Source: Chiloscyllium plagiosum
Taxonomy: Eukaryota
DNA: 20,000 bases
NCBI RefSeq assembly: GCF_004010195.1
Contig: NC_057728.1
Location: forward strand, 47,953,555 to 47,973,554
Reading direction: 5' to 3'
A program made the position numbers and the translations under genes. The notes beneath the pieces are model-generated. The model was not told the DNA's origin. It did no database searches and saw only the letters and a list, made by a program, of their open reading frames with translations. The stretch's first letter is position 1. The number at the start of each line of letters is the position of its first letter. Positions 1 to 10,334 of the stretch are shown here, piece by piece.

Positions 1-102
1 ATTTACCCCATATTTGCTCTCAGGCTGTGCCTTGACATTTTGCATTTTGCCAATTTATTTCGAATTTAAAAAGCTCATAGTGTTTCTTATCTTATCTTTT
101 AG

Positions 103-196
103 TGCAGATACAGAGCTAAGCAGCTTGCTACATTGTCAGGAGTTGTTGCGCAGCACCGTGTTACATCAGTGCCACATCCAGAACATATGCTGGCAG
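103..196 (+). other. Weak candidate internal exon (unidentified)
   Basis: Pyrimidine tract TTTCTTATCTTATCTTTT+AG (101-102) and CAG|GTTATG donor (GT 197-198). Two frames are open (CRYRAKQLATLSGVVAQHRVTSVPHPEHMLA or ADTELSSLLHCQELLRSTVLHQCHIQNICWQ). No protein recognised. Confidence 0.2.
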
Positions 197-1774
197 GTTA
201 TGTGGAAAACATACTTAATGTGATTCTGACAATATAATTAGATTTCAAAATCTGAGGGAAATGATCCTTGGAAAACTCATGGAGGACTGTTATAGGTTAG
301 GGCCCTTACTGTAACCTGTCAAGGGTAGTATCTGACCTCAGTTCAGGAGCTTGAGGTGGTCAAGGCCAGGGGTACTGTATCTCTACAGTCTGAGAGTGGG
401 TCACATTCAGTCCTGCAAATCCAGTGATTTGTGTTAAGGCAATCAGGGAGCTGCACAGAGATCAGTCAGGGGCCCAGTCACTCATCAGCTGTGGCTGTCT
501 GTCCAAGTTGGTTGGGGGATGGACTACAGACAACCCTGAAGGGTCTGCGAATGAAAAATCAAGGGGGGGGGGGGGGGGTGGTGCTATGGCAGAGATGCTG
601 GGAAAGTTAATTGTGGGACTTGGAGGCAACTTGCTTGGATACAAAAGGGGGTCATTGCATTAATCAGTAACCATAGCATCCTGCATTTTTTAACCAACAG
701 CCCCATCGATTAGAATATTGTGACCATAGGTTTCAATAACTCTTTTTATTAACCTGGATGCTCTGTTTATGGAAAGAACATTGCCTTTTGATTTACTTAC
801 GTATAAAAAAAACTTGAAAAGCAATGGAATGTTCATTCCGACTTGCATTAACACAACAAATTGTTTTGTCAGATTGGGCAGCTAACATTTTGAGTCAATC
901 TTTTTATCTCATCAACAACAGAAAATAAAATGCAGAGGTTTTCCAGCCTGGCTGGTGTTTGTGTTTCAAAATTAAGGAATTCTGAAACTTCCCCGTCCAG
1001 AAATAATCTCCAGGAAGAGTAGCACTCTGTAAATACAATTCATATCCTATACATTTCACATTACTATATTTTAGTGTGGTTGTGGACTTGGAATATCCAG
1101 TTGCTAAATAATATTGTTCACATAAAAATAAGTAAAAAAGTTTTTTTAAAAACCTGTCAATGTAATGATAGCATCCAGGAATTCAAGTAATAAGTGCAGG
1201 ATTTGTCCTGAAGACTTGTCAACTGATGGATAATTTTATTGGTATATAATTAGTGAAGGTGCTCACATTAAAGAATATATCTGCCCATGTATAATTAAGC
1301 ATTAGTATTTAACAGAAGAAGGTAACTATCTACGTCTAGTATTGCATGGGATGTGCTTTGTATGTATGCATAATAAAGCATGTTGGGCAACACGGAGAGC
1401 AGTCCAATAGCAACCTCCATCAAACACTCCCCGCGTTTTCAAATACTATAAACAGCTTTGTCGAGGTTAGACTTTTAACAAATTTATTTTCTCTCCGGGT
1501 AGATCAGTGTAAATTTACACTGGTCAGATTAGATTCTGCTGGCATTACGCCATGTGACCACTAAATGGACAGTAGTAGTCTATAGTTAACATCAAAGCAT
1601 TTAAAATCGTAGTTTGAGCCTTTTGCATAATGTGCTTCCAGTAAGAAGTTAACAAATAAAACATACAAAGAAATACTGCAAAGTAAGTAGGTTAAAACAA
1701 TAAATAGCTCATTAGATTTTAATTTAAACATAAGCTATGTTTTAGGAGATTTCTGTCTTGCATGAAAAAAACTG

Positions 1775-2364
1775 CTGTCAAATGTTTAGAAAGCTATTTA
1801 CTCTTGGAAAATACACGTCAGCAAGCTTGTGTTAAAGTTGTCCCAAAAAGCACAGAATTTGCATTAGTGGTGACAGATAAATTATTTGCATTTCCCAACA
1901 TTCCTCTCTCAGACTGACAGCAGCTTTGAGAGTCTGTGCATGCACACTTAATTGCGGAAAAGCACAGGTTATTGTCAATCGTTCTATGTTTTGCCATAGG
2001 GTATATTGTGAAATATCCCCAGACCGCAATCAAATAAAACTCACCGAGCGGATGTGGACTTGACTGTTTACATTTGGTCTCACCAGATGGATCAGGTGAA
2101 GTTCACCGACTGTCACTCTGACCCTTTTTATGAAAGAAGAAAGCTCCATATTTCGAACAACAGTTCATGCTCAGGACTTCTGCAGAAATGTGAGGCGATA
2201 CTTCAATCCCTGGTATAGAACTATCAGTAGAAGGCAAACCAATCCCCCTTATAGAGCAATCAGCTTCCATACTCTGAAGTATAAAGGTCCTGACAGCCAC
2301 ATTGACAGCTTTTGTCAAATGCTAAGTAGAAAAGGGTGAGTGTGATGTTAGGGAAGGTTGACAG
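1775..2364. promoter_or_regulatory. Candidate enhancer/promoter with a TGACAG motif cluster
   Basis: TGACAG/CTGTCA at 1775, 1871, 1915, 2110, 2291, 2303 and 2359. Also CCAAT (about 2239) and TATAAA (about 2280). No recognisable TE sequence. Confidence 0.35.
2045..2149 (-). CDS. Candidate first coding exon, 35 codons (MELSSFIKRVRVTVGELHLIHLVRPNVNSQVHIRS), unidentified gene
   Basis: Minus-strand AATATGG Kozak context at 2149 with an in-frame stop upstream. The frame stays open to a consensus donor TCG|GTGAGT (2045/2044), with a second in-frame donor CTG|GTGAGA. Upstream branch/acceptor CCTAAC...CCCTTTTCTACTTAG ends at 2322. No homology recognised. Confidence 0.25.
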
Positions 2365-2444
2365 CTAAATAGGATGCCAGCTGAGTAAGAACCTGAATGG
2401 GCAGTGGTACGCTACCAGAGGTATTTGCCAAATGAGCAGAAGCT

Positions 2445-3165
2445 AGGTACCTGCCAGGTAGGGTGCTAGGATGCCATGTAAGTTGTGTGCCAGCTGGGGA
2501 GGGGGATGTATAGTGCCAGGGTTAGGATGAGCAAAGGGTTGGGTGCCAGGATACAAGGTCAGTAGGGTGCAAATGAGCAGGGCTTGCAGTATCAGGTAAG
2601 TAGAATACCAGCTCAAAATGGTTGGTGGGATGCCAGGTGGGACGATGGCAGGGTAAGGGAGGCCATGTTTAGGGGAGCTAGGGGTCATGGGGAAATCTTG
2701 ACCAGCAGGGTGGGTGGGTATAGGGTCTGGGCGATTTGGGTGCAGAGGCAGGGAAGCCAGACTGGGTCCAGATTGGTCTGTTGGGGTGAAGGGGATGGTG
2801 GGGTGTAGGAGGTGGTGGGGTGAAAGGGTGGTGGAGTGAAGGAATGTGGAGTGAAGGGGATGCGGTGAAAGGGGGTGGGAGGTGAAAGGTGGGGTGAATG
2901 TGAGGTGGAGTGAATGGGGTGGAGTGAACCGGGTATGATGGGTGAAGGAGGTGGTGGGGTGAAGAGGGTGGTGGGGTAGGGTGTGAGTAGAATTTAATGA
3001 TGTATGAGGAAGGGGTTTTGGTTTGACCTTGTAGTTGGGTGTTGGGGATTCGAGTCAGCATGGGGAAGGGGTGTCAGGTCCTGGGAAGTGTTATGTTGGG
3101 ATGTCGGGAGTGTAATGGATCTGAGGGAAGTGTGGTTGGGGATCGCTGAGGTATGCAGTGGGTCT
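2445..3165 (+). repeat. G-rich low-complexity region/degenerate minisatellite
   Basis: Recurrent (G/A)TGCCAGG units at 2450-2640 and GGGGTGAA/GGTGGAGTGAA units at 2780-2985. Strong G-over-C skew. Confidence 0.7.
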
Positions 3166-3462
3166 GTTAAAATAGTCACTCAGGAGTTAGACGATGTAAT
3201 TATTAGTCTCACTCTTCCTGAATAAGTATTTTATATAATTTTGTCAGAACCTCCCTGAAGTACCAAAATGGTGCCTTTTGGGGGGTTTCAGGCATAAAGG
3301 AAAAATTAATTTCCTGGGAAGTTCCTTCAGAGGTTGGTCCAACAGGGATTCTGCAGGGGCCCCATGTGCAACTCCCAACTACATTGGAATGACACCTCGA
3401 GGGTCAGCTGAAAATCCAGGCCATTATAAGAACGATTAAGGCATTTACGGTTTTGTGTGAAC

Positions 3463-4383
3463 TTCAGCTGTTTCATCAATGACCTTCCTTCCATCATCAG
3501 GTCAGAAGTGGGGATGGTTGCTGATAATTGCACAATGTTCAGCACCATTTGTGACTCCTCAGATACTGAAGCAGTCCAAGTCCAAATGCAATGAGATCTC
3601 AACAATTTGGCTGACAAGTGGCAAGTAACATTTATGTTACACAAGTGCCAGACAATGACTGTTTCCAATAAGAGAGTATCTAACCATTAGCCCTTGATAT
3701 TCAATGGCATTACCATTGTTGAATCCGCAAGCAATACCCTGGGGGCTACCATTGACCAAAATTGAACTGGGCCAGCCATTTAAATAGTAGTTACAAGAGC
3801 AGGTCAGAGGTTAGGAGTCCTGCAGCAAATAACACCTTGTGACTCCCCAAAGCCTGTCCACTGACTACGAGGCATAAGTCAGGAGTGTGATGGAAAAGTC
3901 TCCACTTACCTGGATAAGTACAGTTCCAACAACACTAAAGAAGATCGAGCAATCCAAGACAAAGCAGCCCACTTTATTCCTATCATATCAACAAATACGC
4001 AGTCACATCACCTTCAACCCTTGGTAACAGCAGTGTATACCATCTAAAAATAGACTACAGGAATTTACCAGGGCTCCTTAGACAACAGCTTCCAACCTAA
4101 CAATCATTGTCATCTAGAAGAACAATGGCAGCAGTTACGGGGAACACCATTGCTGCAAGTTCCTCTCCTTGCTTTCCTGACTTGAAATATATCCCCATTC
4201 CTTCACTTCACAGAGTCAAAATCCTGCAACTCCCTGACCAGCATTATGTGTACCTACTCCAAATGATCTGCAGAAGTTCAAGAAAGCAGCTTACCGTCAC
4301 TTTCTCAAAGGCAGTTGGGGATGAGCAGTAAATGCTGGCCCAGCCAGGGAAAGCCAATTCCCCTGAATTAATTTAAAAAAAAA
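3463..4383 (+). mobile_element. 5'-truncated, decayed non-LTR retrotransposon (L2/CR1-group LINE): RT C-terminus plus 3' end
   Basis: Translates FSCFINDLPSIIRSEVGMVADNCTMF (FINDLP...FADD-type RT motif, mutated), then ADKWQVTF and LGATID, with stops and frameshifts. Ends GCAGTAAATGCTGGCCCAGCCAG followed by an A-rich tail. Confidence 0.85.
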
Positions 4384-4420
4384 CACCATGGAACTGAAAA
4401 TGTATATGTGTGCTAAATTC

Positions 4421-5034
4421 ATCAGTAATGCACTATCTACAAGATGCATTACAGTAATTCATCAAGGCCCCTTCAACAACAGCTTCCAAACTCACAACCT
4501 CTACTAGCTATAAGGACAAGGGCAGCAGATGCACAAGAACATAAGCACCAATAAGTTTCACTCCAAGCCATAATCACTTAGAATTAATCATACAATCCCT
4601 ACACTGTGGAAGCAGGCCATTTGGCCCATAGAGTCCACTCTAACCTTCTGAAGAGCATCCCACCCAACCTACATTTCCCATGGCTAATCCACCTCGCCTG
4701 CACACTATGTGCAATTTAGCATATAGGAGGAAACTGGAGCACACCCACAGAGAAAACGTGCAAACTCCAAACAGAGGTTGCCTAAGGCTGGAATCGAATC
4801 CAGGTCCCTGGTACCATAAAGCAGTAGTGCTAACCACTGAGCCACCACCATTCCTTTACTGTGACTGAGTCAAATTCCTGAAACCACCTTTCAAACAGCA
4901 CTGTGAATGTTCATTCATCCCAAAGGCTACAGCAGTTTAAGAAGACAGCTCATTCCATCTTCTCCTTGGTAATCAAGGATATGCGATAAATGTGAGCTCA
5001 GCCAGTGATGTCCATACCCCATAAACTAAAAAAA
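4421..5034 (+). mobile_element. Second, more diverged 3' fragment of the same LINE family, interrupted by a SINE
   Basis: 4421-4578 and 4849-5034 align by eye with 4030-4383 (ACAACAGCTTCCAA, CCATTCCTT, GAGTCAAA.TCCTG, ATAAATG...CAGCCAG, A tail). Confidence 0.75.
4580..4848 (-). mobile_element. tRNA-derived SINE (HE1/V-SINE-like)
   Basis: Minus strand has A box TGGCTCAGTGG, B box GATTCGATTCC, core GGAGTTTGCAC...GTGCTCCAGTTTCCTCC, and a CR1-like tail GGGCCAAATGGCCTGCTTCCAC. Confidence 0.88.
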
Positions 5035-5577
5035 CACTGCCACAAGAAGCAAAATGTTTTACCTGTAGCACAACAAATTTCTCCACTATAAAACCTACCA
5101 AACATCTTTTTTAGAAGTTTCTGATATTTCAGCTTCTGCCTTAATCCCACATTTGTGTTCCAGTAATTTATTTCATTTCCTGTAACATATTTTAAAAATG
5201 AAGGATAGTCATTGGCCCAAGTGCTTTTGGTAAAACATCAACATTTGTGTTGGGCTGGTGGTCCCTTTAAGAACTAGGTTCCTCTGAAATGTTTTTCATA
5301 AAATGCCATTTAATGCTAGTCAGTGAGCATGTGACCAAGTTGCGTCTGTGACAAACAATGAGGAAAGAATGGTCAATTAGAAGTTACTGATAGGGGCAAG
5401 CAAGTTCCTAAGTGTGGCACTCATCTTAGTCAGTGTTTTAATTCAAATTTAGAGTAACCTTGCTGCAGGGAACTTTATTTCTGGCAGAATCTAATTGAAA
5501 TTAGATATGCTAGCTAAAAGCGTTTAGACTTCGTGCTCACAAAAGAACTCCCAACAATGATTTGTCCAAGAGCAAGA

Positions 5578-6082
5578 AACTCTCCTCCTCTCTCAACCCA
5601 TTCCTCCTCTCCATTTGCTTCAACCTCTCTAAAACCTTTTCCCCATTCAGCTCTCTCATCTCTCATAATCAATCCCCTCCATACTGATTTCCTTCCCCAC
5701 CTTCCAGATCACTGCCCTGTCCCTTCCTCCTGCCCGATCACTGCCCCTTCCCTTTTGATCACTTCCCCTCCCTACTGATTACTCCCTGTCCCTTACTCTG
5801 CACCTATCACTTCCCCCATATCCAATCTCTTCCCCTCTCCAATCATTAAAATCCCTTGATCGCTCCATCTTCTTCTTCCAAATCACCCCACACTCCATCG
5901 GAATATTCCCCCTCTGATCATTCTCCCTGCTAATACTCAAACAGCTCCCGCCATTCCCCTGATTCCTTGCCCCTCCAAATGACTCCCTTCCTCACTACCA
6001 TTGGCTTCCCAGCCCCATTGTTTCCCCTCCCTCTTTTGTCCCTCCCACCCTCCCGAACTCTTCTCCCATCACCCCGCCTTTT
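5578..6082 (+). repeat. C/T-rich low-complexity degenerate minisatellite
   Basis: Repeated ATCAC(T/TG)CCC units about 20-30 bp apart (5708, 5737, 5758, 5806 and others). Strong C skew. Confidence 0.7.
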
Positions 6083-6799
6083 CCTGACACGTGAGTATTT
6101 ATTCACTGAACAAGCCAGCAGGATAAGATTACATTTAAAAATGCACCTCCTTTCTACAGTTGTAAACTGTTGATGAATGCTAATGTGTTCAGGAGGAAAG
6201 CAATTTCATGGCCTAGCATTCTGCTAAATATTGTAAATGTTTAAATTGTCCCCTTGTGTAAGATTATCCCTTTGAGGGGATTACACTCACTAGCCAATAC
6301 TGACTACAAAAGGTTTAACTCTTGTGGTTGGACTAACGCCAATACAAGAACTGAACAGTTTATAGCACTGGATGGAAGTTAGTTTTTGACAACTTCTGGA
6401 ATGGATCTGACCTCTTTGTTACTACGACAAGAGCTCACTGACCTTCACTATTAGACAGAATTCAATCATTTTGGCTAGCATTCCTGAAAGCTGCTCTTAA
6501 TTGGCCATGGGTCACTAAAGGATTAAAGCAAAATAACTCTGCTTTGTCATATTTTGAGGTGTAAATTGATATTTATGCTGATTTTAACTCTGTCTCTACC
6601 AACATGGTAATTTTCACAAACCAGAATTATTTTCAAATTAATGTCAATCTTATGATGAGAAATGGGATTATTTTAATTCTTTTGATGACTCATTGGGGGA
6701 AGTGCTTACATGAGTTTCACTTCAAAGAAATTAGGCACAAGAACTAAGGAAATGGTAGAAACAGACACCTTCCACTTCTCAAATGGAGAGGCACATCTC

Positions 6800-7146
6800 A
6801 ATGCTCTCCAGGCTGGAAAAGAGTGAAAAGACATTGAGTGGCAAACCAATGTTTGAAGGAAATAACATTAATGAATCTTCAATTAAAACAAAGCTGGCAG
6901 AGGAAGTATTCAGGGCAACTAACCTGGAAACAATCATTATGAATGGTGGAGGAGAAACTTTGGAATGTCACTATTATTGAAGAAGGGAGGGAAGGGGAAA
7001 AACAGGGAGCCACAGACATGTCAGGTCAACATCAGTTGTTGAGAGGATACTGGAATCTATCACCAGAGACAGAATGAATGAACATTTGGACGAGTATAAA
7101 GTGATCAAAGCGAAGCAGTATGGATTTGTGATGTGCAGGACATGGA
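6800..7146 (+). mobile_element. Old CR1 ORF2 fragment (RT N-terminal part)
   Basis: Frameshifted NVT.LLKKG...GSHRHVRSTSVVERILESITRD...EHL...QYGFV..RT matches the CR1 motif NVTPLFKKG..GNYRPVSLTSVVGKILESI..QHGF..GRSC. Confidence 0.7.
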
Positions 7147-7482
7147 CACAAAGAAACCTCTATACATAACTTCCACAAAGCTAGTGCACATGCAGAAAAT
7201 GCAATCAAAACAGCTACTGGAAGATTTTAACTCACTCACAACTGATTCAAATGTACAGTATTATAATCAGGCCTAATGCCTCAGTCTGACCGAGTCTTAG
7301 TTCTTCAAAAGAAGTATGACATACAGTATTGGATATTAAACCTTAGGAAAGGTAAATACATCTTGGAGGAGGTCAATGTGCTTGTGTAAACATAACTTAT
7401 ATTTCCTTCATTTTAGATGATGAAAGTCATTGCAGTTTTTAAGAAAGGGAGCAGAATATGCTCAAGTAATTAAAACAATATG

Positions 7483-7615
7483 AAACAAAGAACTGCGGGT
7501 GCGAGAAATCGGAAACAAAACCAGAAATTGCTGGAGAGGCTCAGCAGGTCTGGCAGCATCTGTGAAGAGAGAAACAGAATGAGTGTTTTGGGTCAGAACT
7601 GAAGAAGGTTCACTG
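7483..7615 (-). mobile_element. Solo Penelope-like element terminal fragment
   Basis: ACTGCGGGTGC...TGCTGGAGAGGCTCAGCAGGTCTGGCAGCATCT is homologous to the PLE terminus at 13822-13900 (ACTGCAGATGC...TGCTGGAAGAGCACAGCAGTTCAGGAAGCATCC). Confidence 0.65.
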
Positions 7616-7882
7616 TTTTCTCTAAATTTTCTTCCAAATATTACGAACAACTGATATCCCAGCACTGATTCTGCGGAACACCACTGGTCATTGACATCCA
7701 GTCAGAAAAATACACCTCCCCAATACCCTCTATCTTCCATGACCAAGCCAATTTTGTATCCAACTTACCAACTCATCATGGATCCCATGTAAGTTAATCT
7801 TCTGGACCAGCCTACCAAGTGTGACCTTGTCAAATGCTTTAGAAAAATTCATGTAGACATCACCCACTGTCCTACTCTAATC

Positions 7883-8042
7883 AGTCATAGAACATAGAAC
7901 AATACAGCGCAGAACAGGCCCTTCAACCCTCAATGCTGCGCCAACCTGTGAACTATTCTCAGCTCGTCCCCCTACACTATCCCAAAATCATTCATGTGCT
8001 TATCTAAGAATTGCTTAAATCTCTCTAATGTGGCTGAGTCAT
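7883..8042 (-). mobile_element. Short CR1 3'-end insertion inside the older CR1
   Basis: Tail CATAGAACATAGAAC...ACAGGCCCTTC. Flanked by AGTCAT at 7883-7888 and 8037-8042 (putative target-site duplication). Host RT sequence resumes on both sides. Confidence 0.7.
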
Positions 8043-8371
8043 CTTCATCACTTCCGCCTAATCTCAATTTGTGAGAGGAGAGCTCCCCTGCACAAAATCA
8101 CACTGACTATCCCTAATAAGTCCATTCTTTTCCACATGTGAGTAAATCCTATACCTAAAAATCTTTTAAATTTCCCTGCCACTGATGTAATGCTCATTGG
8201 CCTATTATTTCCTGGATTATCTTTGTTGCCCTTCTTAACCAAAGGAATAACTTCTGGGACCTCACCTGTGGCTAAAGAGGATATGGATATCTCTGTCTTC
8301 CTTCCTTGCCTCCCTCAGTATCCTTGGATAGATCTCATCAGGCCCTTATCTACCTTAATGTTTTTCAAGGC

Positions 8372-8893
8372 AAGATGTTGTCTAACTTGAAAGGGTTCAG
8401 AAAAGATTTACAAGGATGTTGCCAGGGTTGGATGATTTGAGCTATAGGGAGAGGTTGAATGGGGAGAAGGGGCTGTTTTCCCTGGAGCATCGGAGGCTGA
8501 GGGATGACCTTATTGAGGTTTATAAAATCATGAGGGGCGTTGATAGGCTAAATAGACAAAGTATTTTCCCTGGGGGAGGGGAATCCAGAACTAGGGGGCA
8601 TAGGTTTAGGGTGAGAGGGGAAAGATATAAAAGAGACCTAATGGGCAACTTTTCCATACAGAGGTTGGTATGTGTATGGCAGGAGCTGCCAGAGGAAGTG
8701 GTAGAGGCTAGTACAATTGCAACACTTAAGAGGCATCTGGATGGGTATATGAATAGAAAGGGTTTGGAAGGATATGGGCCGTGTGCTGGCAGGTGGGATT
8801 AGATTGGGTTGGAATATCTGGTCGGCATGGACAAGTTGGACTGAAGGGTCTGTTTCCATGCTGTACATCTCTATCACCCTATGACTGTATGAC
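8372..8893 (+). mobile_element. Young 5'-truncated CR1 (HER1-like) 3' fragment
   Basis: ORF2 C-terminus LERVQKRFTRMLPGL..LSYRERL..GLFSLE.RRLR.DLIEVYKIM...RTRGH...W.ELPEEVV. 3' UTR ends in (CTATGACT)-like short repeats. Confidence 0.92.
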
Positions 8894-10334
8894 ACCCAAC
8901 CTCTTTCTTAAAATCAACATGATGTAGAATATCAACACACCTCTTCTGAATCTTACTATCGTCCATGTTCTTCTCCTTAGTGAACACTGACGTGAAGCAC
9001 TGATTAAGGACCTCAATCAATTCCTCTGGCTCCACTCATAAATTTCCTTCTTTTTCCTTGAGTGGACCTACTCTTTTCCAAGCTATGCTTTTACTTCTAA
9101 TATATGTATAAAACTTCTTGCGATTCTCCTTAATCCTACTGCCAAGGACATTTCATGTCACTTTTAGCCATCCTAATTCCTTGTTTAATTTCTTTTCTGC
9201 TTCCTTTATATTCTTCAAGGGCCTTACCTGATTTCAGTTTCCTAAACCTTTTCCTTTTTGACTAAACTTTCATCCAGGGTTACCTAATCTTGCTTTCCTT
9301 ATCTTTCAGCCTCACAGGAACATGCTGGTCCTGAACTTGATCAATTGGCTTTAACAGACTCATATATGTCAGAAGTGTATTTACTGACAAACAGCCATCC
9401 CCGATCTAATTTCTCTAATTCCAGCCAAATACTGTTGTAATTAGCTTTCTCCCAAATAGCACTTTCACCTGAAGATCGGTCTTATCTTTATCCCTAACTG
9501 TCTTAAAATTTATGGAATTATGATCACTGTTCCCCAAATGATCCCCAACTGAATCTTTGATCAACTGGCTGGGCTCATCCCCCGTACCAGATCTAATTGG
9601 ATGATCTATATATTGTTTCAAGAAACCTTCCTGGTTGCACCAATCAAATTCTGCCCGTTCCATGCCCTGGCACTAAGGGAGTCCCAGTCAATATTGGGAA
9701 GTTAAAATCACTCACTTCAACAACCCTGTTACTTTTTCATTTTTCCATGATCTGCTTACATATCTGTTCCTTCATCTCTTAGGGAAGCCCATAGGATAAC
9801 CCCATCAGAGTGAATGTACCTTTATTATTCCCAAGATCTACCCATATGCCATCACTAGATGAAGCCTCCAAGACGTCCCCTTAGTACAGCTGTGACATTC
9901 TCCTTAAATCAGGATTAAATCAACCTCCCCAACCATTTACACCCTTCTCAATCATGCCTGAAACATTTAAACCCTGGGGCGTTGAGCTGCCAGTCCTGCC
10001 CTTCTCTCAACCAAGTTTGTGTAATGGCTGCAACACCATAGTTCCATGTACTAATCCAGGCGGTAAGCTTAACCTCTATCTTCTTCTTAATCACTTCACA
10101 TGCTGACCTACTTTTCTGGTTCCCATTCCCACACCACACTAAGTTTAAACCTTCTTGAACAGCATCAGCAAATCTCCCTGTAAGAGTATTAGTGCCCTTC
10201 TTATTTAGGTGCAACTTTTACAGGTCTCTCCTGCCCTTGAACAGATCCTAATCAGTGAGATATCTGAATTTCCTTCTCCTACACAAGCTCTTTAGCCATG
10301 CTATCAATTGTTTACTTTGAAATTAACTTGATTA

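Larger units (their letters stand above)
7645..10295 (-). mobile_element. Decayed CR1 LINE (ORF1 esterase C-terminus, APE endonuclease, RT N-terminal half), hosting two younger insertions
   Basis: Collinear minus-strand remnants: LHLNKKGTNTLTGRFADAVQEGLN (ORF1 SGNH end), AITQTWL..GQDWQLNAPGFKCFR and LGNSDHNSINF (APE), KKGNKDNPGNNRPMSITSVAGK, VYMNFSKAFDKV and SDWMSMTSGVPQ (RT). Many stops, frameshifts and deletions. Confidence 0.88.

Noticed and set aside
424..663. ORFs with poly-Gly/poly-Pro
   Set aside because: Produced by the G homopolymer at about 563-578; no domain or splice support.
2443..3225. Pro/His-rich and Gly/Trp-rich ORFs
   Set aside because: Artefacts of G-rich low-complexity sequence.
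4780..4848. tRNA gene suggested by A/B boxes
   Set aside because: It is a SINE head continuous with the SINE core and tail; no cloverleaf.
5533..6173. Pro/Ser/Leu-rich ORFs
   Set aside because: Artefacts of the C/T-rich minisatellite.
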